Below are positions 1-9,804 of a DNA stretch of 64,000 bases, piece after piece; within the stretch, counting starts at the first letter, position 1; every line of letters begins with the position of its first letter. The notes under the pieces were generated by a model. That model saw only the letters and a program-made list of their open reading frames with translations. It had not been told where the DNA came from and searched no databases. A program made the translations under genes and the position numbers. This DNA is from Candidatus Brocadiia bacterium (GTDB taxonomy: Bacteria; Planctomycetota; Brocadiia; CAIUPP01), in assembly GCA_050015075.1 (NCBI GenBank), contig JBEKCB010000020.1, positions 25,410-89,409 of the forward strand. The letters are read 5' to 3'.

Positions 1-2942
1 GCCGTCTCGATCTTGAACAGGCCGAGTTCCTTGAAGAGATCGCGCATGGCGAGCGAATGTTCGCTGACATCCTGTCCCAGCATGCCCTCGCGCTCGCCGA
101 GCCGGCTGCCGACGATCTTCACCTGGGGCGGCACGGGCGCGGCTGCGGGCGCGGCGGGCGCCGGCGCCGAGTTCTGCGCAACGACGAGCGGGGCGACCGT
201 CGCCTCGACCCGGACCACTTGCGGCATGCGGGTCACCGTCGCCGAGGCAATCCGAGGCGTCGGCCGGCGGATGACCTGCATTCTGGCCGGCCCGTTGACG
301 ATCACGACCGCGGGCCGCGCCGGTTCGGGATTCATCGCGCCCGAGTCGGAGGGGTTGGGCGCGGGCTTCGGGAGCGGCTCGTCCGGATCGGCGCCCTTGA
401 CGTCGCCGCCGATCAGTTTCTCCGTGCGGGCGTTGATCTCTTTCTGCCGCTTGATGAACTCCTGGAGTTCCTTCGCGGCCTCGCTCATGTCGTCGGAGGT
501 GCGCAGGGTCTGGGCCACGTCCATGAGCGAATCGGAGATCGCCTGCTGCCGGGGCGTCTGCGCGAAGAGGTTGTTCTCGGAGATCTGCGAGGCGACCTCT
601 TCGGAGTTTTCGGTCAGGTGGTCATCCTGCATCTGGCTGAGCGCGTCGGAGGCCTTTTCGGCCTCGCTCACGTTCTCCTGGGTCAAATTCTCGAGGACCT
701 TCTGGATGTCCTTGTCGAGCGTGGCGATGCCGTTGGAGACCAGCTTCTGGAAGCCGGAGAGGCGCACGATCCGGTCGAGGTCGGCCTGCGACAGTTCGGA
801 GGCCAGCCGTCCGCCGACTTCCGTGGCGGCCTTGCCGGTGAGGTTGCGGGCATCCGCCTGGTCGCGCGAGAGTTGCTCGGCCTCGTCGGCGAGGATCTCC
901 AGCAGCTTGCGGCGCTGGATGCGGCTGATCTCCGAGGAGAGTTTCTCCAGGTCCTCGGCGGCTTCTTTCTGCGCTTTCTGGGCGTCCTGGAGTTGCTGCT
1001 TCTGTCCCGAGTCGGGCTTGCCCGCCTTGCTCTGCGCGGCCTTGGCGAGGTTGTCGGAGGCCTGTTTCATGGGCTCGGACTCGGCTTTGTCCATGCCGGA
1101 TTCCGCCTTGGTCAGGTCGGAGAGCAGGCCGGCGGGCGTCATCGGGTTATCGCTGAGGTCGGCGATCACCTCGCCCAGTTGGGTCTCGAGGCCTTTGACC
1201 TTGTCGCGGAGTTCCTCCTGGCGCTGCTGCGCGTCGGCGGCCTCGGGGGCCTTGTTGTCCGTGGGCGCGTCCTTCAGTTCGCCGGTCTGCTTCGCCTCGG
1301 CGCCCTGCTTGCGGGAGGCCAGGTCCACCTTGTCCGCGATCTGCAGCAGCCGGTCCAGCATCATGTCCAGGTGATCGGCGTTGCTGATAATGTTGATGCG
1401 ATAGACTTCCGAGTAGCCGTTCCGGAACATCGCCTCGTCGGCGTAGTCGGAAGCCATCGCGCGGATCTCGATGCGGTCGCCGGGGATCGGGTTGAAGTCC
1501 GCGAGCAGCAGGGCGGTGCTTCCTTCGAGCCGCTGCTGGGTCGCCCCGCCCTCGGAGAGTGGGACGGTTTTCCAGTCGTCGAGCGCGGCGTCCGTCGGGG
1601 CCTTGTCGTGCACCAGGCGCGTTTGCAGCTTCAAGTCGCGGACGCCGTAATCGTCGGTCGCGGAGGCGGTGATCGGGACGCTGGCGCCGGGCAGTTGCGA
1701 AAGGTCGGAGCCGGGCTTCGGGATGGTCACCTCCGGCTTCGTGTCGGGCACGACCTTGATCGAGATTATTTCCGGCGCGCGGTTCGTCAGCCCGAAGCCG
1801 TCCTTGAGGGTGATCTTGTAGTCCACGTCCTCCGTCGGCGTCAGCTTGGGAGAGACGAACATGCCGCCTTCGGCCTTCAAGGGATAGGTTTGGTCGCCGG
1901 CGGTCAGCCACGCGCTGCAGACGAGCTTCGGATCATCGCCGCGAACCGCGGGCCGGACCTGAATGACCACGGTCGAAGGCTGCGGGACGCCGTCCCTTTC
2001 GGGTCCGTTGACCACCGTCACCGGGCCCGCGACGCCCTCGACGGTCGTCTCGGGCCGTTCCGTGTAAGCCGGCGGGGTGACGAGGACGGACTTTCCGATG
2101 AGCGCCGGCGACGGCAGCGTGCGGACGGCGTACCAGGGCGAGACGTTGTCGCCCGCCTTGACGCGATAGCGCAGGTCGTCGAGGAGCGGCGCGCTCTGCC
2201 AGGCGCCGACGCCGGCGACCACGACCACGTCGGCGGAGAACGATTCGCGGGCCTGGCGGACTTCCAGGCTGGCGCGCGTCACGGGGCGGCCGGTGGTTGT
2301 GAACCGGACCTGCATCACGTCGCCCTTGCGGATGACCTGGTCGCCCGGCTCGACGTTCAGCTTGGTGTAGGAGAAGAAATCTTCGCGGTTCGGCTGGAGC
2401 AGGCGCCCGACGCTGTTGGAGACGGCCTCCGGCGCGAAGAGATACGCCATCGCCATCGCCAGGGCGAGGACGCCGAAGAGCGCGGCGATGCGCGCCAGTT
2501 TGTCGAGCGGCACGGCCTGGCGCCAGCTCACCGTCTGGCTGCGCTGGTCAATCTGGCTGAGCGCAACGTCCACGAGGCCCTTGGAGACGCCGTAAGAATC
2601 CTGGTCGCGGCTCAGCTCGACGCCGGTCACCAGGTCTTCGGCCATGTTGGGGAAGTTCCGGCCCAGGCGGGCGGCGGTGCGCTCGTCGCCCATGCGCTTC
2701 GACACGGGCGTCAGGACGCGGCGCACCAGCAGCGCCACGACCGCCAGCGCGACGACCACCAGGAGGACCCACCGCAGCCCTCTCGGAGCGCCCAGCAGCA
2801 AGCGGTCCACCAGCACGCCCAGGCCCGCGCCGCCGAGGATCGCGCAGAACATCATCAGCAGGCCCATCGTCGCCTGCACGACGCGCCAGCGAAGCCGATA
2901 ATGGTCCAGCAGGTCGCGCAAGCGTTTCGGGATAGCAGCCAT
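1..2942 (-). CDS. Large membrane protein of the MoxR/vWA cluster (DUF4175-like: N-terminal TM helices, Ig-like domains, coiled coil); runs off the left edge
   Basis: Missing from the ORF track because it has no stop in the window. ATG at 2942 with AGGAG RBS; reads MAAIPKRLRDLLDHYRLRWRVVQATMGLLMMF, contains TASATDDYGVRDLKL, and is open to position 1 (...DLFKELGLFKIET). Confidence 0.75.
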   Translation of the reverse strand, partial: MAAIPKRLRDLLDHYRLRWRVVQATMGLLMMFCAILGGAGLGVLVDRLLLGAPRGLRWVLLVVVALAVVALLVRRVLTPVSKRMGDERTAARLGRNFPNMAEDLVTGVELSRDQDSYGVSKGLVDVALSQIDQRSQTVSWRQAVPLDKLARIAALFGVLALAMAMAYLFAPEAVSNSVGRLLQPNREDFFSYTKLNVEPGDQVIRKGDVMQVRFTTTGRPVTRASLEVRQARESFSADVVVVAGVGAWQSAPLLDDLRYRVKAGDNVSPWYAVRTLPSPALIGKSVLVTPPAYTERPETTVEGVAGPVTVVNGPERDGVPQPSTVVIQVRPAVRGDDPKLVCSAWLTAGDQTYPLKAEGGMFVSPKLTPTEDVDYKITLKDGFGLTNRAPEIISIKVVPDTKPEVTIPKPGSDLSQLPGASVPITASATDDYGVRDLKLQTRLVHDKAPTDAALDDWKTVPLSEGGATQQRLEGSTALLLADFNPIPGDRIEIRAMASDYADEAMFRNGYSEVYRINIISNADHLDMMLDRLLQIADKVDLASRKQGAEAKQTGELKDAPTDNKAPEAADAQQRQEELRDKVKGLETQLGEVIADLSDNPMTPAGLLSDLTKAESGMDKAESEPMKQASDNLAKAAQSKAGKPDSGQKQQLQDAQKAQKEAAEDLEKLSSEISRIQRRKLLEILADEAEQLSRDQADARNLTGKAATEVGGRLASELSQADLDRIVRLSGFQKLVSNGIATLDKDIQKVLENLTQENVSEAEKASDALSQMQDDHLTENSEEVASQISENNLFAQTPRQQAISDSLMDVAQTLRTSDDMSEAAKELQEFIKRQKEINARTEKLIGGDVKGADPDEPLPKPAPNPSDSGAMNPEPARPAVVIVNGPARMQVIRRPTPRIASATVTRMPQVVRVEATVAPLVVAQNSAPAPAAPAAAPVPPQVKIVGSRLGEREGMLGQDVSEHSLAMRDLFKELGLFKIET

Positions 2943-2977
2943 AGGTTCTCCTTGCAACTTGCGAACGCCTTCGGCAA

Positions 2978-3007
2978 TCCGCCTTCGCCAAGGCTTCGGC
3001 GGACAAG
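2978..3007. repeat. Short palindromic intergenic element TCCGCCTTCGCCAAGGCTTCGGCGGA
   Basis: Hairpin with TCCGCC/GGCGGA arms between operon genes. Confidence 0.5.
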
Positions 3008-3019
3008 TCCGCAATTACG

Positions 3020-5323
3020 TTACGCGAGTCCTGTGCGCTTTCTCAGGAACCATGCCGCCGACAGAACGAGGGCGAGTACGGCGTAGTAGATCCGGTTGCG
3101 GAAAGGCGCGTATTCCTCAGTCAACATGCGGTGCCCCGCCTTCGCCGTCAGGAGCGACTTCAAGTCGCCCGTGCCGGCAACGTCATTATACTTCCCGCCG
3201 CTGGCGGCCGCAATGGCCTTGAGCGCGCTCACATCCTGGGCCAGGAACGATTTTTCGAGGTCCGGCCGCAGCACCTGGAGGATCGCCTTGGAGTCGAGCG
3301 GGTTCTGCCCGTACTTCGCGACGATCGGGTTGAATTTGAGCTGGCCCTCCTGCTGCGGGACGAATGTGCCGCGGTAAATACCCCAGCCGCCGGGTGCCGC
3401 CGCCAGCGCCATGCGCTGCGGTTCGCCCTTCTCGGGCGTGATCAGGACCGAGACGTCGGCGTTCGTGAGCGGGTAGCCGTCGTTGTCGAGGCAGTACGCC
3501 TCGACCTCGACCTTCTCGCCCACGTTGCATTCCACGCGGCTGAGGCTCAGCCGGCAGAGACGGTCGCCCTCGTTGAAATGCTTGCGGATCAGCCAGCGGA
3601 TCGCCTGCGCCCAGAAGCGGTAGTGGTACTTGTCGCCGATGCTCTTGCGCCAACGCCAGGTCTCTTCGACGCCGGAGAAGAGCGTTTTGCCCGCGCCGAC
3701 GTACTGGATCGCGAGGATGGGCTGGTGGCCGGTGCCGGCGACCTGGTTCGAGTTCGCCAGGAGCATGGCGGCGCCGCGCGCGAGTCCGGCGACGTCGGCG
3801 GACCAGCCCATGGCGGGCAGGTTGGTCCAGATGCGCTCGTTCTCCACGGCATCGGGCGAGAGGCGCGTGAGGAGGTGCGAGGCGCCTTCCTGCGTCAGCT
3901 CCAGCTTCACGGTGCGCTCGCCGCTGGCGGGCGTGCGCGTGAGCAGCACGGGCAGGACGTCCTCGAGCGGCGTGCCGACCAGGTTGCGATAGTTCTGCCG
4001 CCGGCCGGCGATGAGCGCCAGGGAGCCGCCGCGGACGCGGACCATGTCGGCCAGTTCCTTGAGGAAGGCGTCGGGCAGCAGGTCGCGCGGCACGTCGCCC
4101 AGGAAAACCAGGTCGTAGTCGGCGAAGTCCTTCTTGTCGGTCGGCAGTTCGGCCAGGTAACCGGGTCCGCGGATGGGGCCGACGCCGGGCCGGAGCAGGC
4201 AGATGGTGGGCGTCACGCCCGGGTCGCGCTCGAGGACGCTGCGGATGAAACGGAACTCCCAGCGCGGCTCGGCGTCAATCAGCAGCACGCGGATCTTGCG
4301 GTCCACGATCTCCACGGTCGTCTCGGCGTGGTTCTTGCCGAGGCCGGGCTGGTCCTCGGTCGGGCGGACGCGCGCGATGAAGGTGCGTCGGCCGGCGGTG
4401 CGCGGCTCGTAAGCCATCTCGACTTGCAGCGGCCGGGCGCCGGGCAGCGTCACCACCGGCTGTTCGGCCACGACGCGGCCGCCGTCGAGCAGTTCGAGGG
4501 TGACGCGCATGGGCACGGCGCTGGTGGCCATGACGGTGGCCTCGAGGAACAGCATGTCTCCGAGCAGCGATTCCTGCGGCCCACGCAGCGAGAGGACCGA
4601 GGCGTCGAGCGGCGGCTCCGGGTTTCCGAGGCCGATGGGATAGACCGGGATGTTGCGCAGGCCGAGCGCGCGCGCCGATTCGGCCGGGTCGCTGCCGGCG
4701 TTCCAGGCGCCGTCGGTGATCAGGACGATGGCGGCGGGAGTCCTCTGCCCGCTTTCGTCGCCGCCGGCGTTGATGAATTCGAGCACATTGCCGATGGCCG
4801 TCTCCTGGCCTTCGTCGTCCACCCGGAAGGCCGTGGAGGCGCCTTCGAGCGGGAGTTTTTTCGCGGCGCCGGCGAAGCCCCAGAGCTGGATGTCGAAGAC
4901 GCGGCTCACGTCGGCGAGCCACGAGCCCGGCGCCAGGTTCAGCAGCGAGCGTTCGATGTCCACGCGGGCGACTTCGCCCGCCTGGGCGCCGGAGGTTTGA
5001 ATCTGCGCGTTGCGGATATAGTCCGCCTCGGGGCCTTTGTAGCTGTCGGTCAGGCTCATGCTGCGGGAGTTGTCCGCCAGGACGTAGAGCATCGGCTTCT
5101 GCGGGTCGGGCCATTCGCGCACCAGGCGCGGGTTGAGCAGCAGCCCGATGGCCAGCAGCGTGCCGACGATGGTCAGGAAGATGATGACGATGCGGGTGAA
5201 CAGCTTGATGCGGGCGAGGTCGCGGACGGTCCAGAAGATCACCGCCGCAAGGACCAGCAGCGCCAGCGCGCCCACGAGCCAGGGCGAAAACGGCAGGTCG
5301 AAAATGACGTTCGTTCTACCCAA
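3020..5323 (-). CDS. Membrane-anchored vWA + Ig-like + glutamine amidotransferase-like domain protein
   Basis: Two N-terminal TM helices, MIDAS-like DNSRSM and LITDG, RVLLIDAEPRWEFRFIR motif, C-terminal TM ending RKRTGLA; TTG start uncertain. Confidence 0.8.
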   Translation of the reverse strand: MGRTNVIFDLPFSPWLVGALALLVLAAVIFWTVRDLARIKLFTRIVIIFLTIVGTLLAIGLLLNPRLVREWPDPQKPMLYVLADNSRSMSLTDSYKGPEADYIRNAQIQTSGAQAGEVARVDIERSLLNLAPGSWLADVSRVFDIQLWGFAGAAKKLPLEGASTAFRVDDEGQETAIGNVLEFINAGGDESGQRTPAAIVLITDGAWNAGSDPAESARALGLRNIPVYPIGLGNPEPPLDASVLSLRGPQESLLGDMLFLEATVMATSAVPMRVTLELLDGGRVVAEQPVVTLPGARPLQVEMAYEPRTAGRRTFIARVRPTEDQPGLGKNHAETTVEIVDRKIRVLLIDAEPRWEFRFIRSVLERDPGVTPTICLLRPGVGPIRGPGYLAELPTDKKDFADYDLVFLGDVPRDLLPDAFLKELADMVRVRGGSLALIAGRRQNYRNLVGTPLEDVLPVLLTRTPASGERTVKLELTQEGASHLLTRLSPDAVENERIWTNLPAMGWSADVAGLARGAAMLLANSNQVAGTGHQPILAIQYVGAGKTLFSGVEETWRWRKSIGDKYHYRFWAQAIRWLIRKHFNEGDRLCRLSLSRVECNVGEKVEVEAYCLDNDGYPLTNADVSVLITPEKGEPQRMALAAAPGGWGIYRGTFVPQQEGQLKFNPIVAKYGQNPLDSKAILQVLRPDLEKSFLAQDVSALKAIAAASGGKYNDVAGTGDLKSLLTAKAGHRMLTEEYAPFRNRIYYAVLALVLSAAWFLRKRTGLA

Positions 5324-5388
5324 GCAGCATCGCCTTCATAGTGCAGCGTCCCGAAAATAACATACATGAATCCAGCCCGCGTCGTGCT

Positions 5389-5446
5389 GCTCGTAGTGTG
5401 CCCGTCAGGGCATACGGAATAGCGCCTGACGGCGCCACTACAAGCG
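5389..5446. repeat. REP-like GTAG palindrome doublet; second copy inverted at 34651-34708
   Basis: GTAGTGTGCCCGTCAGGGCATAC...GCGCCTGACGGCGCCACTAC; its reverse complement aligns without gaps to 34651-34708. Confidence 0.75.
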
Positions 5447-5452
5447 GCGCAC

Positions 5453-5479
5453 GAGATTCCTCGCTCCGCTCGGAATGAC
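5453..5479. repeat. Half of the GTCATTC(C/T)GAGC palindromic repeat family
   Basis: GAGATTCCTCGCTCCGCTCGGAATGAC, near-identical to 15953-15979 and related to 63801-63886. Confidence 0.7.
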
Positions 5480-5534
5480 CCGAGATCAGGCAACTAATCT
5501 CAGCACCAGTGCGCGACAGATTATCAACCGGGCC

Positions 5535-5587
5535 CATCGTCAAGCTTCCATCGTCCAGGGTCTGTCGTCTATCGTCAGTTTATCGTC
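5535..5587. repeat. Degenerate heptamer (CATCGTC) tandem repeat
   Basis: catcgtc aagcttc catcgtc cagggtc tgtcgtc tatcgtc in 7-bp register; same unit as 12112-12187. Confidence 0.55.
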
Positions 5588-7784
5588 GGCTTCCGCCGGC
5601 GGCCGCTTCGGCGGGCTTCGCCGGCGTGGGCCGGTCAATCGCCCAAGCCAGGATCACGGCGCCCAGGATCGCGCAGAGGGCCATGATCGCAAATGGAAAA
5701 CTCCACGTCCCGGCGGAAGCTTCGTGACCGGTCGCGGCCAGGTCGCCGTTGGCGGCCATGGCGGTGACGCGGAAACCTTGCAGGAGGTTGCCCATGACGG
5801 CCTGGGGAATCAGCTCCATGTCCGATTCCTCCGGCGGCACGTTGATGGTGCCGACGATCGGCCCGCCTTCGTCCTTGGGCGGCACGGAGCCGGCGGGCGC
5901 CGCGGTGAGGCGATAGAATCCCGCGATGCCGGTATCCTCGAACGACGCCTTGTCCGGGTCGCTCTTCATCGGGGCCAGCGGCTCGACGCGCCCGTCGGGC
6001 GTGACGATGCGCGGCCATTCGGCCAGGGCGGGCACGATCAGCGGCATGAAGGCGCGGTGCGAGGCCGTGATGCCTTTTTCGATCAGGTGGTTCAAGACGA
6101 GCCGATGGACCGTCGGCGGGAAAAACGGCGTGAGCGGCAGGTTCGAGAAATCCACCTGCGCCGAGACGGCGAAGAGGAAGACACGGCCTTTGCCGGTCTG
6201 CTGGACGACGAGGAACGGCTGGCCGGAGTCGGTGCTCATGAGCACCTGCGCGGCGAGCTTCTCGGTGGAGGCGGGCGGCGGCTCGATGGGGAACAGGCGC
6301 GAGATCAGCAGCCGGTTGAGCCCTTCGAGCGGCAGCGTCTGGGTCAGCGGGTTCTGTTGCGAGGCCCAGTTGACCTTGGCGCGTTTGTCGGTCGGGAAAT
6401 CCCTGAATCCCTGCAGCGGTATGCGCGGGAACTTGTCGGCGGTCCACTCGGCCGGGACGGTGTGCTCGCCGGGGAAGATGACGAGCAGTCCGCCCGCCTG
6501 GACGTATTCGTCGAGGCGCTGGCGCACGGCGTCGGAAAGCGACGGGACGTCGGTCAGGAACACGGCCTCGAACGGTTGCAGCAGCATGTCGGAAAGCGCA
6601 TCGGCCTCGACGACCTTCGGCAGGAAGGGCGAGCGGTAGCCAGCCTCCGCCTCGGTGGGCCGCAGCGCCAGCGAGACGAAGTGCGAGGCGGCCTTGTCCG
6701 GCCGGCCGGCGGGCGCGCCCTCGACGACGAGGACCGGCACCTGGTCCTCGGTGCTGAGGGTGAAGTAGAAGCGGTTGTCGGCGGGGATGACGTCCGGATC
6801 GAGCTGGACGTATCCGGAGTGCGCGCCGGCCTTGAGCGTGGGCAGGTTGAAGACGCAATCGGCGCGGCCGGCCTCGTGGAAGTTGACGGAGGCGGAGTCC
6901 ACGCGCTCGCCGTCGAAGTACAGCGACACGTTCGCCAGGGCGCTCGTCGGCTCGGAGGCGGATTCGGCGCCACCGGTCCGGCGCTCGGCGTTCAGTTGCA
7001 CGGTGGCGGTGAGGCGCGGCGCATCGCCTTCGGTGGGGATCGGCGGCGAAAGGCTGAGGCCGGCGAACGAGAAATTGACTCCGGTGCTGCGTTCGAGGGG
7101 CGTGACGACGATTTCGGGCTTGCCGGCCAGCTCGAGGGCCTTCCGCGTGGCCTCCCAGGCGCCGGAGTCCGACGGGCGCCAGTCGGAGGCCTGGGTGTCG
7201 GTGAGGATCCAGATGACGCCTCCGCCGCCGCTGCGCTGGAGCGTTTCGGCGGCGGCGGTGATCGCCTGCGGGATGTCGGCCGCGCCGTCGGTGAGGCGGG
7301 CGGTTTCGATGGCGTTGGAGACGGCGCGCAGGTCGCGGAGCGGCTCGCGCGAAGAGATGCGGCACTCGCCGGCCATGAGCCCGAAGGCCGCGGCGGTGCC
7401 GCGCGGGAACATGGCGATGGCGTTCAGTGCGGCGCGCTTGCCGCGCTCGAAGCAGGTGCCGCCCGCGGTGGTGCTGCTCATGCTGGCGGAACCGTCGAGC
7501 AGGATGACCATCTTGTTTCCGCTGCCGAGGAGCCGGCCGATGCCGCCGCGCAGGATCGGCTCGAGCAGCACCATGAGCGCGGCGGCCAGGATCAGCGTGC
7601 GCAGGATCATCAGGAGGATCTGCTGCAGGCGCGCGCGGCGGACGGCCTTGGTCTCGTTGTTGAGCAGGAAGTCAATCGCAGCCCACCGCACGCGCCGATA
7701 CCGCAGGCGCGTGAGCAGGTGGATGATCAGCGGCGCGGCCACCAGCGGAAGCAGCCAGAAAAACTCGGGATGCAGAAAACTCAT
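5580..7784 (-). CDS. BatA N-terminal double-TM domain / vWA domain protein
   Basis: MSFLHPEFFWLLPLVAAPLIIHLL...RWAAIDFL N-terminus, DGSASM MIDAS, ILTD, C-terminal TM. Confidence 0.85.
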   Translation of the reverse strand: MSFLHPEFFWLLPLVAAPLIIHLLTRLRYRRVRWAAIDFLLNNETKAVRRARLQQILLMILRTLILAAALMVLLEPILRGGIGRLLGSGNKMVILLDGSASMSSTTAGGTCFERGKRAALNAIAMFPRGTAAAFGLMAGECRISSREPLRDLRAVSNAIETARLTDGAADIPQAITAAAETLQRSGGGGVIWILTDTQASDWRPSDSGAWEATRKALELAGKPEIVVTPLERSTGVNFSFAGLSLSPPIPTEGDAPRLTATVQLNAERRTGGAESASEPTSALANVSLYFDGERVDSASVNFHEAGRADCVFNLPTLKAGAHSGYVQLDPDVIPADNRFYFTLSTEDQVPVLVVEGAPAGRPDKAASHFVSLALRPTEAEAGYRSPFLPKVVEADALSDMLLQPFEAVFLTDVPSLSDAVRQRLDEYVQAGGLLVIFPGEHTVPAEWTADKFPRIPLQGFRDFPTDKRAKVNWASQQNPLTQTLPLEGLNRLLISRLFPIEPPPASTEKLAAQVLMSTDSGQPFLVVQQTGKGRVFLFAVSAQVDFSNLPLTPFFPPTVHRLVLNHLIEKGITASHRAFMPLIVPALAEWPRIVTPDGRVEPLAPMKSDPDKASFEDTGIAGFYRLTAAPAGSVPPKDEGGPIVGTINVPPEESDMELIPQAVMGNLLQGFRVTAMAANGDLAATGHEASAGTWSFPFAIMALCAILGAVILAWAIDRPTPAKPAEAAAGGSRR

Positions 7785-7803
7785 CGTTGCTCCACGGCTG
7801 TCG

Positions 7804-8700
7804 TTATTTTCTCCTCGCCAGGAATCCCGTTAGCGCGCGGTCGAACGGCAGCGAGAGGCGCATGAGCTCGTAGTCAATGCCCTTCTCGGTGCAGCCGCGC
7901 TTGATTTTTGCGAGGTACTCGCGGAAGCGCTCGCGGTACCCCTCGGCGACCACCTGCGGGTCCGCGATGATCTCCTCGCCGCGCTCCATGCCCTCGAAGA
8001 GCGTCACGCGGTCGTAGGGGAAATCAATCTCGGCGTCGTCCACCAGGTGGAAGGCGATGACCTCGTGGCGGCGGTGCTGGAAGTGCTGCAGGCCGTTGAG
8101 GATTTCCTCGACGTTGTCGAAGAAGTCGCTGAGGATGATGACCATGCTGCGGCGGCGGACCTGCTCGGCGATCTCGTGCAGGACGGCGGGCAGGTCGGTG
8201 TCCTTGCCGGGCGCGGCGGACTCGAGCGTCTCGAGGATGGCGTGGAAGTGCCGGGCGTTGCCGCGCGGCGGGATGAACTGCCGCACGGCGCTGTCGAAGC
8301 AGACGAGGCCGACGTGGTCGCCCTGGCCGAGCATGAGCAGCGCCAGGGCGGCGGCGGCCGAGGCGGCGTAGTCCAGGCGCGTCATGCCCGAGGTGCCGAA
8401 GTCCATCGAGCCGCTGCAATCGAGGAGGATGTAGCAGTTCAGGTTCGTCTCGGCGTCGAACTGCTTGATGAAGTAGCGGTCGGAGCGGGCGACGACGCGC
8501 CAGTCCAGGTAGCGCAGGTCGTCGCCGGGGACATATTCGCGGTACTCGGCGAACTCGACGTTCAGCCCGTGGTAGGGGCTTTTATGGATGCCGGTATAGT
8601 AGCCTTCCATCGCCTTGCGGGCGCGGAGTTCCATGTGGCTGATGCGCGCCACTGCGCGGCGGTCAATCGTCCGGATCGTTTTCCTGGCTTTGAGGGCCAT
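7804..8700 (-). CDS. DUF58 domain (vWA-like) protein
   Basis: GIHKSPYHGLNVEFAEYREYVPGDDLRYLDW and DCSGSM motifs; adjacent to MoxR. Confidence 0.93.
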   Translation of the reverse strand: MALKARKTIRTIDRRAVARISHMELRARKAMEGYYTGIHKSPYHGLNVEFAEYREYVPGDDLRYLDWRVVARSDRYFIKQFDAETNLNCYILLDCSGSMDFGTSGMTRLDYAASAAAALALLMLGQGDHVGLVCFDSAVRQFIPPRGNARHFHAILETLESAAPGKDTDLPAVLHEIAEQVRRRSMVIILSDFFDNVEEILNGLQHFQHRRHEVIAFHLVDDAEIDFPYDRVTLFEGMERGEEIIADPQVVAEGYRERFREYLAKIKRGCTEKGIDYELMRLSLPFDRALTGFLARRK

Positions 8701-8742
8701 CTTTATTTCCGTTTGCCGAATGCCGATTGCCGAATGAAGGAA

Positions 8743-9765
8743 TTATTCCTGTTCCAGCGCGGGGATCTCGTCCATGAGTTTCTTGGCGACGTCGTCGGAG
8801 GTCACTCCGTCAGCTTCCGCGTTGAAGTTGAGCAGGATGCGGTGGCGGAGGACCGGGCCGGCGACCGCGCGCACGTCCTCGATGGCGGCATACGGCCGGC
8901 CGCGGAGGATCGAGCGGGCCTTGGCGCCGAGGATCAGGTATTGCGAGGCGCGCGGACCCGCGCCCCAGGCGACCCAGTCGCGGATGTAGCCGGGCGCGTC
9001 GGCCTCGCCCTTGCGCGTGCGGCGGGCCAGCGTCACGGCGTACTTGTAGACGTGGTCGGGCACCGGGATGCGATAGACCAGGTCCTGCAGCGAGACGATG
9101 TCCTCGCCGCTGAGCACTTTCTGGACGGCGACCTCGCGGTGCGTGGTGGTCTGGCGGACGATCTGGATCTCCTCGTCGAAGGAGGGATAATCCACTTTCA
9201 CGTGAAACATGAAGCGGTCGCGCTGGGCTTCGGGCAGCGGATAGGTGCCTTCCTGCTCGATGGGGTTCTGCGTGGCCAGCACGAGGAACGGCTCGTTGAG
9301 GCGGTATTCCTTGCCGCCGGCGGTGACGTGGTGCTCCTGCATGGCCTCGAGGAGCGCGGCCTGGGTCTTCGGCGGCGTGCGGTTGACCTCGTCGGCGAGG
9401 ATGACGTTGGCGAAGAGCGGACCCTTGACGAAGGCGAACTCGCGGTGGCCCGTGGCGCGGTCTTCGCGGAGGATCTCGGTGCCGATGATGTCGGCGGGCA
9501 TCAGGTCGGGCGTGAACTGGATGCGGTGGAACTGGAGCGAGAGCGCCTCGGAGAGCGTGCGCACGAGGAGCGTCTTGGCCAGGCCGGGCACGCCCTCGAG
9601 CAGGCAGTGCCCGCGCGAGAACATGGCGATGAGCACGTCCTCGATGACCTGGTCCTGCCCGACGATGACGTGCTGCAGTTCCTTGACGAGCCGGGCGCAG
9701 GAGTCTCGAAACCGTTCGATCTCCTGTACGTCATTGTCCTGCATGTTCGGCGCGTTCTGGGCCAT
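8743..9765 (-). CDS. moxR: MoxR family AAA+ ATPase
   Basis: GVPGLAKT Walker A, RIQFTPDLMPAD, LADEVNRTPPKTQAALLEAMQE, ATQNPIEQEGTYPLPEAQRDRF; ATG 9765 with GAGGAG RBS. Confidence 0.96.
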   Translation of the reverse strand: MAQNAPNMQDNDVQEIERFRDSCARLVKELQHVIVGQDQVIEDVLIAMFSRGHCLLEGVPGLAKTLLVRTLSEALSLQFHRIQFTPDLMPADIIGTEILREDRATGHREFAFVKGPLFANVILADEVNRTPPKTQAALLEAMQEHHVTAGGKEYRLNEPFLVLATQNPIEQEGTYPLPEAQRDRFMFHVKVDYPSFDEEIQIVRQTTTHREVAVQKVLSGEDIVSLQDLVYRIPVPDHVYKYAVTLARRTRKGEADAPGYIRDWVAWGAGPRASQYLILGAKARSILRGRPYAAIEDVRAVAGPVLRHRILLNFNAEADGVTSDDVAKKLMDEIPALEQE

Positions 9766-9804
9766 GAGCAAGCTCCTCAAAAAAGCGATCCGGTATCAGG
9801 TCAG

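Noticed and set aside
57-3086. 1009-aa and 453-aa plus-strand ORFs
   Set aside because: Antisense shadows of the real minus-strand gene 2942..<1, typical of high-GC DNA
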